A stretch of 37,606 bases of DNA from Erysipelotrichaceae bacterium. GTDB taxonomy: Bacteria; Bacillota_I; Bacilli_A; Erysipelotrichales; Erysipelotrichaceae. The notes beneath the pieces were generated by a model that did no database searches, was not told the DNA's origin, and worked only from the letters and a program-made list of their open reading frames with translations. Below are positions 17,624 to 27,495 of the stretch, in pieces. Both the position numbers and the translations under genes were made by a program. Position 1 is the first letter of the stretch. Every line of letters starts with the position of its first letter. Location: positions 1 through 37,606 of the forward strand of contig JBAVGP010000188.1 in the NCBI GenBank assembly GCA_049684955.1. Reading direction: 5' to 3'.

Positions 17624-18562
17624 CTACTTGTTTTGATTGGCGATGAAGTTATAGACGCGCTTTTCGAATTCTTTCGCGTTGTTGATGCCTTTTTGCTTAA
17701 GCGTGAAATCGATAACCGCGGATTCGACCAGGACGGCCATATTGCGGCCTTCCTTGACCGGGAAAATCAGGCGCGGGACCGTGAGGTCGAGGATCGTAAG
17801 GATCCCGTCGTCGTCGATGCCGAGACGATCATATTCAATCTTGTCGTCCCATTTCTGCAGATCGACGACGAAATCGACTTTCGTACGATCCAACAGCGCC
17901 GCGGCGCCGAACATGCTGGTCACATCGATGATACCGATCCCGCGGATTTCAAGCATCCCGCGTAATAAATCAGGAGCTTGCCCGAAGATCGTGTTATGGA
18001 TGCGCACGACATCGACGCGGTCGTCAGCAACCAAAATATGCCCCTTTCGGATCAGCTCAAGCGCGATTTCGGATTTCCCCATCCCGCTTTCACCGGTGAT
18101 CAGGACACCTTTCCCAAAGACATTCATCAGGACGCCATGGATATTATCCGCGGGACTCAGCTTTTCGTCAAGGTAGGAAATGACGTCGACCATGACCCGA
18201 TAGGTCGCCAGGCTGGTGCGGAAAATCGGGAAATTCTTGTAGTCCGCGATCTCATACAGAATCGGCGGACATTCCAGCTGGCGCGAGATGATGATGGCCG
18301 GCGTATATTCGTCGGTCAGACGGTCGAACACATGCCGTTGGTCGGCTTCGGACATCAGGCGGATGAACGTGACTTCCTTGTTGCCAAGAATGACGACGCG
18401 TTTGGGTTCGGTATATTCGAAATAACCGGTAAGTTCGAGTCCGGGACGGTTGATGTCCGGGACGACGACCCAGCGGTTCAGCGAATCCTCGTTGCCCGTC
18501 AATTGTTCAAAATCAAAGAACTTCTTCAGGTCGGACATCAATGCTTTTCCTTCGAAATCCAT
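17624..18562 (-). CDS. hprK: HPr kinase/phosphorylase
   Basis: GVLITGESGMGKSEIALELIRKGHILVADD and LEIRGIGIIDV. I trimmed the start to the ATG at 18562 (MDFEGK), preceded by GGAGA; it lies 1 nt after the uvrA stop. The track start at 18577 is a TTG. Confidence 0.92.
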   Translation of the reverse strand: MDFEGKALMSDLKKFFDFEQLTGNEDSLNRWVVVPDINRPGLELTGYFEYTEPKRVVILGNKEVTFIRLMSEADQRHVFDRLTDEYTPAIIISRQLECPPILYEIADYKNFPIFRTSLATYRVMVDVISYLDEKLSPADNIHGVLMNVFGKGVLITGESGMGKSEIALELIRKGHILVADDRVDVVRIHNTIFGQAPDLLRGMLEIRGIGIIDVTSMFGAAALLDRTKVDFVVDLQKWDDKIEYDRLGIDDDGILTILDLTVPRLIFPVKEGRNMAVLVESAVIDFTLKQKGINNAKEFEKRVYNFIANQNK

Positions 18563-18563
18563 G

Positions 18564-21392
18564 TTATCTCCTTTCAACCAGGACGTGTTTGAGGTATTGT
18601 CCGGTGTAGCTGTCTGCGTTCTCCATCACTGCTTCAGGTGTGCCGACCTGCAGGAGATAACCTCCTTCATCGCCGCCTTCCGGCCCCAGATCGATCACTA
18701 CGTCGGCATTCTTGATGATGTCGAGATTGTGTTCGATGACGATGACGGTATCGCCGTTGTCGACGATCTTCTGCAGCACGATCAGCAGTTTCCCGACATC
18801 GTAGCTGTGCAGCCCGGTGGTGGGTTCATCCAGGATGAACACCGTCTTGCCGGTCGCTTTACGCTGCAATTCGGATGCGAGTTTGACGCGCTGCGCTTCA
18901 CCGCCGGAAAGCGTGGTGGCGGATTGGCCTAATTTGATGTAGCCCAGTCCGACTTCGAACAGGGTCTGCAGACGATGGCGGACTTTGGGGATCGGCGCGA
19001 AGAACTCCATCCCTTCTTCGACCGTCATCTCCAGCACATCATGGATGTTCTTGCCTTTATAGAGGACTTCCAGGGTTTCGTCGTTATAGCGTTTCCCTTC
19101 GCATTCTTCGCAGGGTACATAGACATCGGGCAGGAAATGCATCGAGATGCGTTTGACACCGTCCCCCTGACAAAGTTCGCAGCGTCCGCCGCGCACGTTG
19201 AAGGAGAAACGGCCTTTATCGTAACCTTTGATTTTCGCTAACGGCGTCATCGCGAAGAGTTCGCGGATATCGTCGAAGATGCCGGTATAGGTGACCGGAT
19301 TGGAACGCGGGGTGCGTCCGATCGGATCCTGGTCGATTTCGATGAGTTTGTCGACTTCGTCCATACCCAGGATTTCATCGTGCAGCCCGGGTTTCACTTT
19401 CGGCCGACCCATATGATGCGAGAGGGCTTTTCCCAGCACTTCGTTGACCAGCGATGATTTACCGCTGCCCGACACGCCGGTGACGCAAATGAAGGTCCCC
19501 AGCGGGAAGTCCACATTGATATTCTTCAGGTTGTTTTCGCGTGCTCCTTTGACCTTCAGAAACAGCCCGTTGCCCGGGCGGCGCTGAGTGGGGATCGGAT
19601 TGGACATGCGGCCCGACAGGAACATACCGGTGATCGAGGTGGGATGCGCCATCACTTCGGCCGGCGTCCCCATCGCGACGACTTCGCCGCCATGCAGACC
19701 GGCTCCGGGACCGATATCGATGATATAGTCGCTCTCCAACATCGTTTCTTCGTCATGTTCGACGACGATCAGGGAGTTCCCCAGATCACGCATATTCTTA
19801 AGGGTGTTGACGAGCTTGTGGTTGTCGCGCTGATGCAGGCCGATCGAAGGTTCGTCCAGGACGTAGAGGACGCCCGTCAGATGCGAACCGATCTGCGTGG
19901 CTAAGCGGATACGCTGCGCTTCGCCGCCTGAGAGTGAACCGGCGATGCGGTCCAAGGTGAGATATTCCAAGCCGACATCTTTCAAAAACGTCAGCCGTTC
20001 CGTGAGTTCTTTGAGGACAAGGCGGGCGATCTCCGTCTGCATCTGTCCTAATTTCAGGTTTTCCATATAGATCAACGCTTGTTTGACGCTCATGCGTGTC
20101 CAGGCGTTGATATCCTTGCTTCCGACCCGCACCGCCAAGGCCATTTCGTTGAGACGTTTCCCCGAACAATCAGGACATGGTGATTCGGCCATGAAGGTCG
20201 CATACCATTCGCGCGCCATCGAGGAAGTGGTTTCCATGAATCGCCGTTCGATCATGGATTTGACCCCTTCGATGATATCGAAACGGGTGAACACATTGCC
20301 GGAACGCGATTCGATCGTATATTTGACCGGCTCGGGGGAACCGATCAAGAGGATGTCCAATTGTTTCGGGGTGAGTTTCGCGATCGGCACATCGCGCGGA
20401 ATCTTATAGGTATCGCACAAGATGCGGAAACTCTGCCACTCGATATTTTCACTGTCAAGGATGTTTTTATAATAGACGATCCCGCCTTGCGAAATCGATT
20501 TGGAACGATCGGGGATCAGATAATCCACGTCGACCTTCTGGGTGACGCCCAAACCCTTGCAGGTAGCGCACGCGCCTAGCGGGGAGTTGAACGAAAACAA
20601 GCGCGGTTCCATAATCGGAATCGAGAACCCGCATTTCGGACACGAGTAATTGCTTGAGAAAAGCAGTTCTTCATGGCCGTTGTCGACGATCGCCAATCCG
20701 CCGGCCAATTTGAGCGCGACTTCCAAGGAATCATGCAGACGCGAACCGCTGTCGGCTTGTTTCACGATCCGGTCGACGACGACATCGATGTCATGTTTCT
20801 TGTTTTTCTCCAAGGTGATCTCGTCTTCCAGCAGTTTGATGTCGCCGTTGACGCGTACCCGGATATATCCGTCTTTACGCAGTTTTTCGAAAAGTTCCTT
20901 ATGCGTCCCTTTGGCTTGACGTTGGACCGGTGCCAGGATATTCAATCTGGCTCCGTCTTCGCTCGCCAAAACACGGTCCACCATCTGGCGGATCGTCTGG
21001 GATACAATCGGTTCATCATGATTGGGACAATACGGGATCCCGACCCTGGCATACAGCAGCCTCAGGTAGTCGTAGATTTCCGTGACCGTCCCGACGGTGG
21101 AACGCGGATTATTGGAGGTCGTCTTCTGGTCGATGGAAATCGAAGGCGACAAGCCTTCGATCAGGTCTACATCCGGTTTTTCGGTATTCCCCAGAAACTG
21201 CCTCGCATAGGCGCTTAAAGACTCGACATAACGACGCTGCCCTTCGGCGTAGATCGTATCGAATGCCAAGGATGTTTTTCCGCTCCCTGACAGTCCGGTC
21301 ATGATGACCAGTTGGTTACGGGGGATTTTCAGATCGATGTTTTTGAGATTGTTCTCGCGCGCACCTTTGATTACGATAAAGTCTTGATTCAT
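18564..21392 (-). CDS. uvrA: Excinuclease ABC subunit A
   Basis: 942 aa. It has two ABC ATPase modules ([14 protein letters not shown] and [11 protein letters not shown]), LSGGEAQR twice, and zinc-finger cysteines ([25 protein letters not shown]). There is a GAGGT RBS. Confidence 0.97.
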   Translation of the reverse strand: MNQDFIVIKGARENNLKNIDLKIPRNQLVIMTGLSGSGKTSLAFDTIYAEGQRRYVESLSAYARQFLGNTEKPDVDLIEGLSPSISIDQKTTSNNPRSTVGTVTEIYDYLRLLYARVGIPYCPNHDEPIVSQTIRQMVDRVLASEDGARLNILAPVQRQAKGTHKELFEKLRKDGYIRVRVNGDIKLLEDEITLEKNKKHDIDVVVDRIVKQADSGSRLHDSLEVALKLAGGLAIVDNGHEELLFSSNYSCPKCGFSIPIMEPRLFSFNSPLGACATCKGLGVTQKVDVDYLIPDRSKSISQGGIVYYKNILDSENIEWQSFRILCDTYKIPRDVPIAKLTPKQLDILLIGSPEPVKYTIESRSGNVFTRFDIIEGVKSMIERRFMETTSSMAREWYATFMAESPCPDCSGKRLNEMALAVRVGSKDINAWTRMSVKQALIYMENLKLGQMQTEIARLVLKELTERLTFLKDVGLEYLTLDRIAGSLSGGEAQRIRLATQIGSHLTGVLYVLDEPSIGLHQRDNHKLVNTLKNMRDLGNSLIVVEHDEETMLESDYIIDIGPGAGLHGGEVVAMGTPAEVMAHPTSITGMFLSGRMSNPIPTQRRPGNGLFLKVKGARENNLKNINVDFPLGTFICVTGVSGSGKSSLVNEVLGKALSHHMGRPKVKPGLHDEILGMDEVDKLIEIDQDPIGRTPRSNPVTYTGIFDDIRELFAMTPLAKIKGYDKGRFSFNVRGGRCELCQGDGVKRISMHFLPDVYVPCEECEGKRYNDETLEVLYKGKNIHDVLEMTVEEGMEFFAPIPKVRHRLQTLFEVGLGYIKLGQSATTLSGGEAQRVKLASELQRKATGKTVFILDEPTTGLHSYDVGKLLIVLQKIVDNGDTVIVIEHNLDIIKNADVVIDLGPEGGDEGGYLLQVGTPEAVMENADSYTGQYLKHVLVERR

Positions 21393-21412
21393 GGCGTTAC
21401 CTCTGCCTTATC

Positions 21413-21442
21413 ATTATACAACACGTGCTCTTCTTTTGTCTT
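21413..21442 (-). promoter_or_regulatory. Candidate internal promoter upstream of uvrA (AAGACA-18-TATAAT)
   Basis: The minus strand in the 84-bp uvrB-uvrA gap reads AAGACAaaagaagagcacgtgttgTATAATgataaggcaGAGGTaacgccATG. The -10 is perfect, the -35 matches 4/6, and the spacer is 18 nt. Confidence 0.4.
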
Positions 21443-21476
21443 TGGGAACACCGGATTTACTTGAATTTTTTTCAAG

Positions 21477-23453
21477 TCAGCTTTCGCTCTTCAGCTCAAG
21501 GATGACATCGCGCAATTCGGCCGCCCGCTCGAAATCGAGGACTTTCGCCGCGTCGTGCATCTCGGCTTCCAGACTGGTGATGAGTTTTTCGCGCTCCGTC
21601 TTGCTTACTCTGGATTTCTTCTTCAGCAGTTTGGCGGCCATTTCCTGCGTCTCTTTGCCTCGGATGACATCCTGGATCTCTTTGACGATCGTCGTCGGTG
21701 TGATGCCATGTTCGATATTGTGCGCTTCCTGGATCGCTCTGCGCCGGTTGGTCTCGCGCATCGCTTTCTCCATCGAATCGGTTATTTTATCCGCATACAA
21801 AATGACGGTGCCGTCGGAGTTGCGCGCCGCACGTCCGATCGTCTGGATCAACGAACGTTCGGAACGCAGGAACCCTTCCTTGTCGGCGTCCAGAATCGCG
21901 ACGAGGGATACTTCGGGAAGATCCAATCCTTCGCGCAGCAGGTTGATGCCGACCAATACGTCGTATTTCCCTTTGCGCAGATCGCGCAGGATCTCGATCC
22001 GCTCCAGCGTCAATGTTTCATGGTGGAGATAGGAAACCTTGAAATTAGCGCGTTTCAGATAAGCGGTCAACTCTTCAGCCATCTTGACGGTCAAGGTGGT
22101 GATGAGGGTGCGTTCGTTACGTTGAATCCGCAGACGGATCTCATCCATCAGATCGTCGATCTGTCCATGTGAAGGACGGACCAACACCTTGGGATCGACC
22201 AGTCCTGTCGGACGGATGATCTGCTCGACGACTTGGTTATTCGTCAATTCGAGTTCATAATTCCCCGGCGTCGCCGAAGTGAAGATGACCTGGTTGATCT
22301 GCTTTTCAAATTCGTCAAACCGCATCGGGCGGTTTTCCAATGCACTCGGTAATCTGAATCCGTATTTCACCAAGGTCTCTTTCCTGGCCCGGTCGCCGTT
22401 GAACATCCCGCGTACTTGTGGTACGCTGGCATGCGATTCATCGATGACGAGCAGATAATCCTCGGGGAAATAATCGAACAGATTATAGGGACGCTGACCC
22501 GGCTGTCGGCCGTCGATATGCATCGAATAGTTTTCGATGCCCGGACACATGCCGAATTCACGTAATGCTTCCACATCGTAGCGGGTTCGCTGTTCTAACC
22601 GTTGTTTCTCAAGTAATTGACCGTTCTTCTCGAACTCAGCCAGCCGCACTTCAAGTTCCGCTTCGATATTCAGACAAGCTTGCAGGATCTGTTCTTTGGG
22701 TCGGGCATATTCTTTCGCAGGAAATACATTATACACGCTGAACGCGTTGAGTATCTTTCCGGTGACCGGATCGACTTCCGCGATGCGTTCGATCTCGTTG
22801 TCGAAGAGTTCGATGCGCAGATTGAATTGTTCGGTATAGCCTAAGCGTACCTCAATCACATCGCCGTGGACCCGGAAGGTACCGCGCTTCTGGTCGAGAT
22901 CATTGCGGGTATACTGGCGTTCGACCAGTTTTCCCAACAATTCCTTGCGGACGACCGTTTCGCCGACCCGGATCGTAAAAAACATGTTGCGGTAGAGTTC
23001 GGGATCGGAGGAAGCGTAAATGCAGGCGACGGAAGCGACGATGATGACATCGCGGCGTTCCAGCACCGAGTTGATCGATGCCATCCGCAACATATCCAGT
23101 TCTTCGTTGATCATCGCGGTCTTTTCGATATAGGTATCGGTTTTCGGCATATAGGCTTCGGGCTGATAGTAATCGAAATTGGAAACGAAATACTCGACCC
23201 GGTTATGCGGAAAGAGGTCTTTGAATTCGGAGTATAATTGTCCGGCCAAGGTCTTATTGTGGACGAACACCAGCGTCGGTTTATTGACGGCCGCGATGAC
23301 GTTGCCGATCGTGAAGGTTTTCCCGGTCCCGGTCGCACCCAAAAGCACCTGGGCACGTTTCTGCGCAGTCAAACCGGCGATCAGTTCGCGAATCGCTTGC
23401 GGCTGGTCTCCGGTCGGTTGGAATTTACTTACGAGTTCGAATTTTTCATCCAT
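21477..23453 (-). CDS. uvrB: Excinuclease ABC subunit B
   Basis: [22 protein letters not shown], the DESH box ([11 protein letters not shown]), [17 protein letters not shown] and a C-terminal UVR domain (ERAAELRD). I placed the start at the ATG at 23453 (MDEKFELVS). The track start at 23465 is a TTG. The gene overlaps the ctp stop by 8 nt. Confidence 0.93.
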   Translation of the reverse strand: MDEKFELVSKFQPTGDQPQAIRELIAGLTAQKRAQVLLGATGTGKTFTIGNVIAAVNKPTLVFVHNKTLAGQLYSEFKDLFPHNRVEYFVSNFDYYQPEAYMPKTDTYIEKTAMINEELDMLRMASINSVLERRDVIIVASVACIYASSDPELYRNMFFTIRVGETVVRKELLGKLVERQYTRNDLDQKRGTFRVHGDVIEVRLGYTEQFNLRIELFDNEIERIAEVDPVTGKILNAFSVYNVFPAKEYARPKEQILQACLNIEAELEVRLAEFEKNGQLLEKQRLEQRTRYDVEALREFGMCPGIENYSMHIDGRQPGQRPYNLFDYFPEDYLLVIDESHASVPQVRGMFNGDRARKETLVKYGFRLPSALENRPMRFDEFEKQINQVIFTSATPGNYELELTNNQVVEQIIRPTGLVDPKVLVRPSHGQIDDLMDEIRLRIQRNERTLITTLTVKMAEELTAYLKRANFKVSYLHHETLTLERIEILRDLRKGKYDVLVGINLLREGLDLPEVSLVAILDADKEGFLRSERSLIQTIGRAARNSDGTVILYADKITDSMEKAMRETNRRRAIQEAHNIEHGITPTTIVKEIQDVIRGKETQEMAAKLLKKKSRVSKTEREKLITSLEAEMHDAAKVLDFERAAELRDVILELKSES

Positions 23454-24936
23454 GGACGACTTCAAGCGCTTTGGTCATCTGGGTATCGCGCGTGCCCATT
23501 TCATCATGCCAGATGCGGACAACGTCGGAATGGAGCTTACTCAGCCATTCAGGCGTCACGATCCCGTCGGCAGTCATTTTGTATGTCGCTTGGTAGGCTT
23601 TGAAGTCTTCGACTGATTTCGGCGAATAATAGCCATCGATCCGGTCGACCTTCGTGTATCCCAAGAATTTCAGCGCTTCCTGTAAGGAGACGATGGCGGG
23701 GTTGACCGCGTCGGGTTTCACCGTTTCGCCTTCCTTCAGCGTGGCGAAGCCATGTTCCAAAATCGCCGGCAGTTCCACGACGAAGTTCGGGGTGATCCCG
23801 ACTCCGTCGATTTTCTCGCCTTTCGGGGTCAGCCATTGGGCGATGGTATATTTAAGGATGCTTTGGTCGGGGAAAGGACGCTGCGTCTGAACGGTTCCTT
23901 TGCCATAGGTCAGGGTTCCGACGATCGATACTTTCGTTCCAAGATTCTCGCTCAACGCGGCGGTCAGCACTTCGGCTGCCGAAGCGGTGTTCTTGTTGAC
24001 CAGGATGACGATCTTCGTCCAATCGACCAGCACGTTCCCGCTGGATTTGGTGACTTCGATCTTCCCGTTGCGGAATTCCTGTTGGATGAGGATCCCGTCG
24101 CTCTTGACGAATAAGGATCCGATATATTCCAAGGTGCTCAGATAACCGCCGCCGTTGTCACGCAGATCGATGATCAGACGTTTTGCGCCTTTGGTTTTGA
24201 AATCTTTCAAAATGGACTGCACTTCCGAACCGCTGGTTTCCCCGAATGTATAGAGTTCCAAAAGTCCGGTTTCCTTGTCGATCATTTCCCCATAGGCGGT
24301 ATTGTTGATGGGAGCCCGGGTGATATCCTTCGTGATGGCTTTCCCTTCACGCAGGAATTCGATCTTGACGTCCGTGCCTGATGCCCCTTTGACTTTTTCC
24401 GCCAATTTATCAGTCCCGATGCCCGTCATGAGGACACCGTCGACTTTATTGATGATATCTCCCGGCTGGACGCCGGCTTTTTCCGCCGGAGATCCGCGAT
24501 AGACGCGTTCGATGATATAGGTCCCGTCGGAATCATAATATTGGACGCCGATCCCCACAAATCCCAAGTTCATCGATTCGGTGAATGATTTCGCTTCTTC
24601 AGAGGTCATATACGAAGTGTGGATGTCTCCGGCTCCGTCGACCATCCCGTTGATCGCATTATCGATGAGTTTGGTATTGAGGTCTTTGATGTCTTTCCCG
24701 AAATACCAGCTTTCGCTCATCGTCTGATAGATGGCTTCGAGTTTACTGAAAACCGAGGTATCGACCGCCGCCGCTTTGGGGGCGAAGGTGGTTCCGACGA
24801 CCCAACCGAAAACGAAGGTCAGTAAAAGTCCCGTGGTGATGAAGATCCGTACACGGTTTTTTCTGCGTTTCGCCACGACTTCATCGGGCCATAAATGTTT
24901 CTGAAGGGTAATCCTTACTTTTTTTTCTTCTTCCAT
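23446..24936 (-). CDS. S41 C-terminal processing peptidase with PDZ domain and C-terminal peptidoglycan-binding domain
   Basis: N-terminal TM, then a PDZ domain ([20 protein letters not shown]), then [13 protein letters not shown] and [11 protein letters not shown] (Ser/Lys dyad region). The C-terminal segment [32 protein letters not shown] is PG_binding_1-like. I trimmed the start to the ATG at 24936 (MEEEKKV), preceded by GAGGT. Confidence 0.9.
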   Translation of the reverse strand: MEEEKKVRITLQKHLWPDEVVAKRRKNRVRIFITTGLLLTFVFGWVVGTTFAPKAAAVDTSVFSKLEAIYQTMSESWYFGKDIKDLNTKLIDNAINGMVDGAGDIHTSYMTSEEAKSFTESMNLGFVGIGVQYYDSDGTYIIERVYRGSPAEKAGVQPGDIINKVDGVLMTGIGTDKLAEKVKGASGTDVKIEFLREGKAITKDITRAPINNTAYGEMIDKETGLLELYTFGETSGSEVQSILKDFKTKGAKRLIIDLRDNGGGYLSTLEYIGSLFVKSDGILIQQEFRNGKIEVTKSSGNVLVDWTKIVILVNKNTASAAEVLTAALSENLGTKVSIVGTLTYGKGTVQTQRPFPDQSILKYTIAQWLTPKGEKIDGVGITPNFVVELPAILEHGFATLKEGETVKPDAVNPAIVSLQEALKFLGYTKVDRIDGYYSPKSVEDFKAYQATYKMTADGIVTPEWLSKLHSDVVRIWHDEMGTRDTQMTKALEVVHG

Positions 24937-24958
24937 TGGGGTACCTCGCATATTTCTT

Positions 24959-25006
24959 ATTTTACCATGCACACACTATCTTCGAACAATCAATGCAATC
25001 TGTCAA
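24959..25006 (-). promoter_or_regulatory. Candidate promoter region for the ctp-uvrB transcription unit
   Basis: The minus strand has TTGACA (25006-25001) followed after 17 nt by GAAGAT. It also has a separate extended -10 element, TGgTAAAAT (24967-24959). I cannot tell which, if either, is used. Confidence 0.3.
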
Positions 25007-25053
25007 AGGAATTCAGGTGAAAAGTCGCGTCTGTCTCAAAGTTCGGACAATTC

Positions 25054-25081
25054 TCAAAGAAATACCCGGATTACCCGGGTA
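25054..25081 (-). terminator. Rho-independent terminator after the alpha-galactosidase gene
   Basis: The minus strand reads TACCCGG-GTAAT-CCGGGTA followed by TTTCTTTG, about 27 nt downstream of the stop at 25108. Confidence 0.6.
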
Positions 25082-25107
25082 CTTGAAAACGATCATGTTA
25101 GCGATGA

Positions 25108-27387
25108 TCAAACTTTCTTGAACAGATAAATCCGTGACGCTCCGTCCGGGAAGATGCGTGTCTCATCATTGAAACCGCCCACATTGGATTGTTTCAATTT
25201 GATCCCGCCGTGCATCAGACTTTTTCCGTCCGCTCTGCCGTGTTCGACTTCGGTATGCAGGACTTTGAAACTGCGGACCGCTTTATGCAGAAGCGAATCA
25301 GGTCGGATGCGGATCGGGGAAACCATGTTGATGAGATCGCCGAACATCCCGATATCGATATCAAACGGACGATTACTGAAATCATAGAGCGTGTCTTCAT
25401 CCAAGCCGACCGGCGTAATGATTTGTGTCATCGGATTGGCGATCGCGCGATCTTGGAAGTGCATCAGGATACCGCTTGCCTTATCCGGTGAAACGACCAT
25501 CCAATCGGTCAGGTTTGTCTGATGTGCGGGCGAACAACGATAGAAGGTCCCGAACTGGAAGAGTTCGCGATATTGTTTATAGAAAACAATCTGTTTCTTG
25601 ATGGCATCCAGGCTTTCACCGCTGAGTTCGTTGAGATTGAGTTCATAGCCCAACACCCCGAAACAAGCGACTTGGAAGCGCGTCTCCAACGGAGATAAAC
25701 GCTGCGTCTGATGGTTGGGGACGGCCGAGACATGTGCGCTCATCGTGCTGAGCGGATATCCTTGGCTGGTCGCATCCTGGATATCGATTCGACATAAAGC
25801 ATCGGTATTATCGCTGGTCCAGATTTGCGGCATATACGTCAACATGCCCAGATCGAAACGGTTCCCACCCGACGCGCAGGATTCGAAAAGGATTTCCGGG
25901 AATGCTTCGGTCAAAGTTCTCAATACACGGTAAAGCCCCAGTATATATCGATGGCTATGGGATCCATCGCTTGGGTCGCTGATATTGCGGTTCATGTCCC
26001 ATTTGACATACTCGATCCGCACCGACGAGAACACATTCTTGAAGGTCGAGATCAGATGATCCTGCACTTCGGTCTGCGCCAGATCCAGCACGAGTTGGTT
26101 GCGTCCCATCGAAGGCAACCGGCCCGGAATCGTGATCGCCCACTCAGGATGGGCACGATAGAGATCGCTGTCGGGGGATACCATTTCAGGTTCGACCCAC
26201 AGACCGAACTGCATATCCAACGCATGGATCTTTTCGCTGAGGCGTTTCAATCCCCCAGGCAATTTCTTCAGATTGACGTCCCAATCACCCAATGAAGAGG
26301 AATCGTTGTTTCGGTTGGAGAACCAGCCGTCATCGAGGACGAAGAGTTCGATGCCTGTCTCGCTCGCGGTTTTCGCCAGTTTCAGGAGTTTCGCCTCGTT
26401 GAAATTGAAGTACGTGGCTTCCCAGCTGTTGATCAAGACGGGGCGCGTTCTTGCGCGCCACTGAGCGGGAATCAGATGATGGTTGATGAAGGTATGGAAA
26501 TGCCGGGATAGTTCATTGATACCTGTATCACTGTAGGTCATCACGGCCTGGGGACTTTCCAGACTCTGACCCGGAAGCAGCGTATAGGTGAACGAATGCG
26601 GGTTGATACCCCACACGATATGCGACTTCCCGAAAGCATTCACTTCGCCGACCGTCGCATGGTTGCCGGAATAGATCAGATTCATCCCGTAACATTCCCC
26701 TTGTCGATCATCGCAGTTTCTTTCGCGCAGGATGACCAGCGGATTATGCCGGTTGGAAGAGTTGCCCGATTTGGAATCGTTGACCAGGATCCCCGCATTG
26801 AGTTCCTTCTCATGGACTTCCCTTTCACGCCCCCAATGGCCATCGAAAGTCCGCCAGACAAGATCGTTGCGGTTGAGGTCGAGTTGGGCGCTCAGAAGCC
26901 GGTGCACGTCGACCGCTTGATCCGAATCGTTCTTCAAACGGCAGGAACGTACGATCACATCCGCGTCGACATACACACGATAAGTCAAAAACAAGGTCAG
27001 CTCGCTGTGCATGTCGGAGGTCTCGATTTCAAGGATACGGTCGGCTTTATGAGCTGAGGGAAGGTCGGATGAAACTTCGTCATTGATTTCTTTGTCTTCC
27101 ACATAGCGGAAATCACTGACACGGTTATGGTCGGCTGTTTCCACTTCGATCATCGCTTCGCGCAGGTCGCCTTTTCCGTAGGTGCTGAACTCCAACGGTA
27201 GATCTTCCAGCGAGACAGGATTAAATTGATCCAAGAGGATTCCGGTCGGATAGGGCATTTTCTCACGGAGCAGGTCGGGATCGAATGTTCCCAATCGGAC
27301 GCCGTAATGGAGGTGTTCCAGATGTCCGCTGTCAGTCAGCGAAAAGATATAGGATGTATTCTTCGTATCGAGTTTCCAAGTTTTCAT
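25108..27387 (-). CDS. Alpha-galactosidase, glycoside hydrolase family 36
   Basis: FSTYGKGDLREAMIEV, LINSWEATYFNFNE, ELFVLDDGWF, YVKWDMNR (nucleophile region), SCASGGNRFD and TSDNTDA. I trimmed the start to the ATG at 27387 (MKTWKLD), preceded by AAGGTG. Confidence 0.9.
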   Translation of the reverse strand: MKTWKLDTKNTSYIFSLTDSGHLEHLHYGVRLGTFDPDLLREKMPYPTGILLDQFNPVSLEDLPLEFSTYGKGDLREAMIEVETADHNRVSDFRYVEDKEINDEVSSDLPSAHKADRILEIETSDMHSELTLFLTYRVYVDADVIVRSCRLKNDSDQAVDVHRLLSAQLDLNRNDLVWRTFDGHWGREREVHEKELNAGILVNDSKSGNSSNRHNPLVILRERNCDDRQGECYGMNLIYSGNHATVGEVNAFGKSHIVWGINPHSFTYTLLPGQSLESPQAVMTYSDTGINELSRHFHTFINHHLIPAQWRARTRPVLINSWEATYFNFNEAKLLKLAKTASETGIELFVLDDGWFSNRNNDSSSLGDWDVNLKKLPGGLKRLSEKIHALDMQFGLWVEPEMVSPDSDLYRAHPEWAITIPGRLPSMGRNQLVLDLAQTEVQDHLISTFKNVFSSVRIEYVKWDMNRNISDPSDGSHSHRYILGLYRVLRTLTEAFPEILFESCASGGNRFDLGMLTYMPQIWTSDNTDALCRIDIQDATSQGYPLSTMSAHVSAVPNHQTQRLSPLETRFQVACFGVLGYELNLNELSGESLDAIKKQIVFYKQYRELFQFGTFYRCSPAHQTNLTDWMVVSPDKASGILMHFQDRAIANPMTQIITPVGLDEDTLYDFSNRPFDIDIGMFGDLINMVSPIRIRPDSLLHKAVRSFKVLHTEVEHGRADGKSLMHGGIKLKQSNVGGFNDETRIFPDGASRIYLFKKV

Positions 27388-27432
27388 AGCGTCACCTTTG
27401 TTTAAGTGTATCACACTTCAGGGTCACAATTG

Positions 27433-27462
27433 AACGAAGAAAGAGAACGCGCAAGCGTTCTC
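27433..27462 (-). terminator. Rho-independent terminator after the S8 protease gene
   Basis: The minus strand reads GAGAACGC-TTGC-GCGTTCTC (8-bp GC-rich stem) followed by TTTCTTCG. Confidence 0.65.
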
Positions 27463-27495
27463 GGATAACCCTGGATAGATATTCAGAATCGGATA

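Noticed and set aside
21459-21477. The hairpin ACTTGAA-ttttt-TTCAAGT at the uvrB stop codon, considered as a uvrB terminator.
   Set aside because: The stem is AT-rich and only 7 bp. In the minus (transcribed) sense it is followed by AAATCC rather than a U-tract. At most it is a weak pause or processing site.
24919-24926. An A8 homopolymer (T8 on the plus strand) in codons 4-6 of the ctp gene, and an A7 run at the start of the S8 gene (30660-30666), considered as possible slipped-strand phase-variation tracts.
   Set aside because: Both runs are short for reliable phase variation. They encode Lys-Lys in typical positively charged N-termini. There is no evidence of frame disruption.
24937-25010. 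I looked for a LexA/Cheo box (GAAC-N4-GTTC) upstream of ctp-uvrB and in the uvrB-uvrA gap (21393-21476).
   Set aside because: Only isolated half-sites are present (CGAACAATCAATG and GGGAACACCGG). There is no palindromic partner at the correct spacing.
27388-27440. A possible cre (CcpA) site or CRP-like TGTGA repeats upstream of the alpha-galactosidase gene (TGTGAccctgaagTGTGAtacact).
   Set aside because: There is no match to the cre core (TGWAANCGNTNWCA) with its central CG. The two TGTGA copies are direct rather than inverted. At best this is a weak extended -10 (TGaTACACT) promoter.
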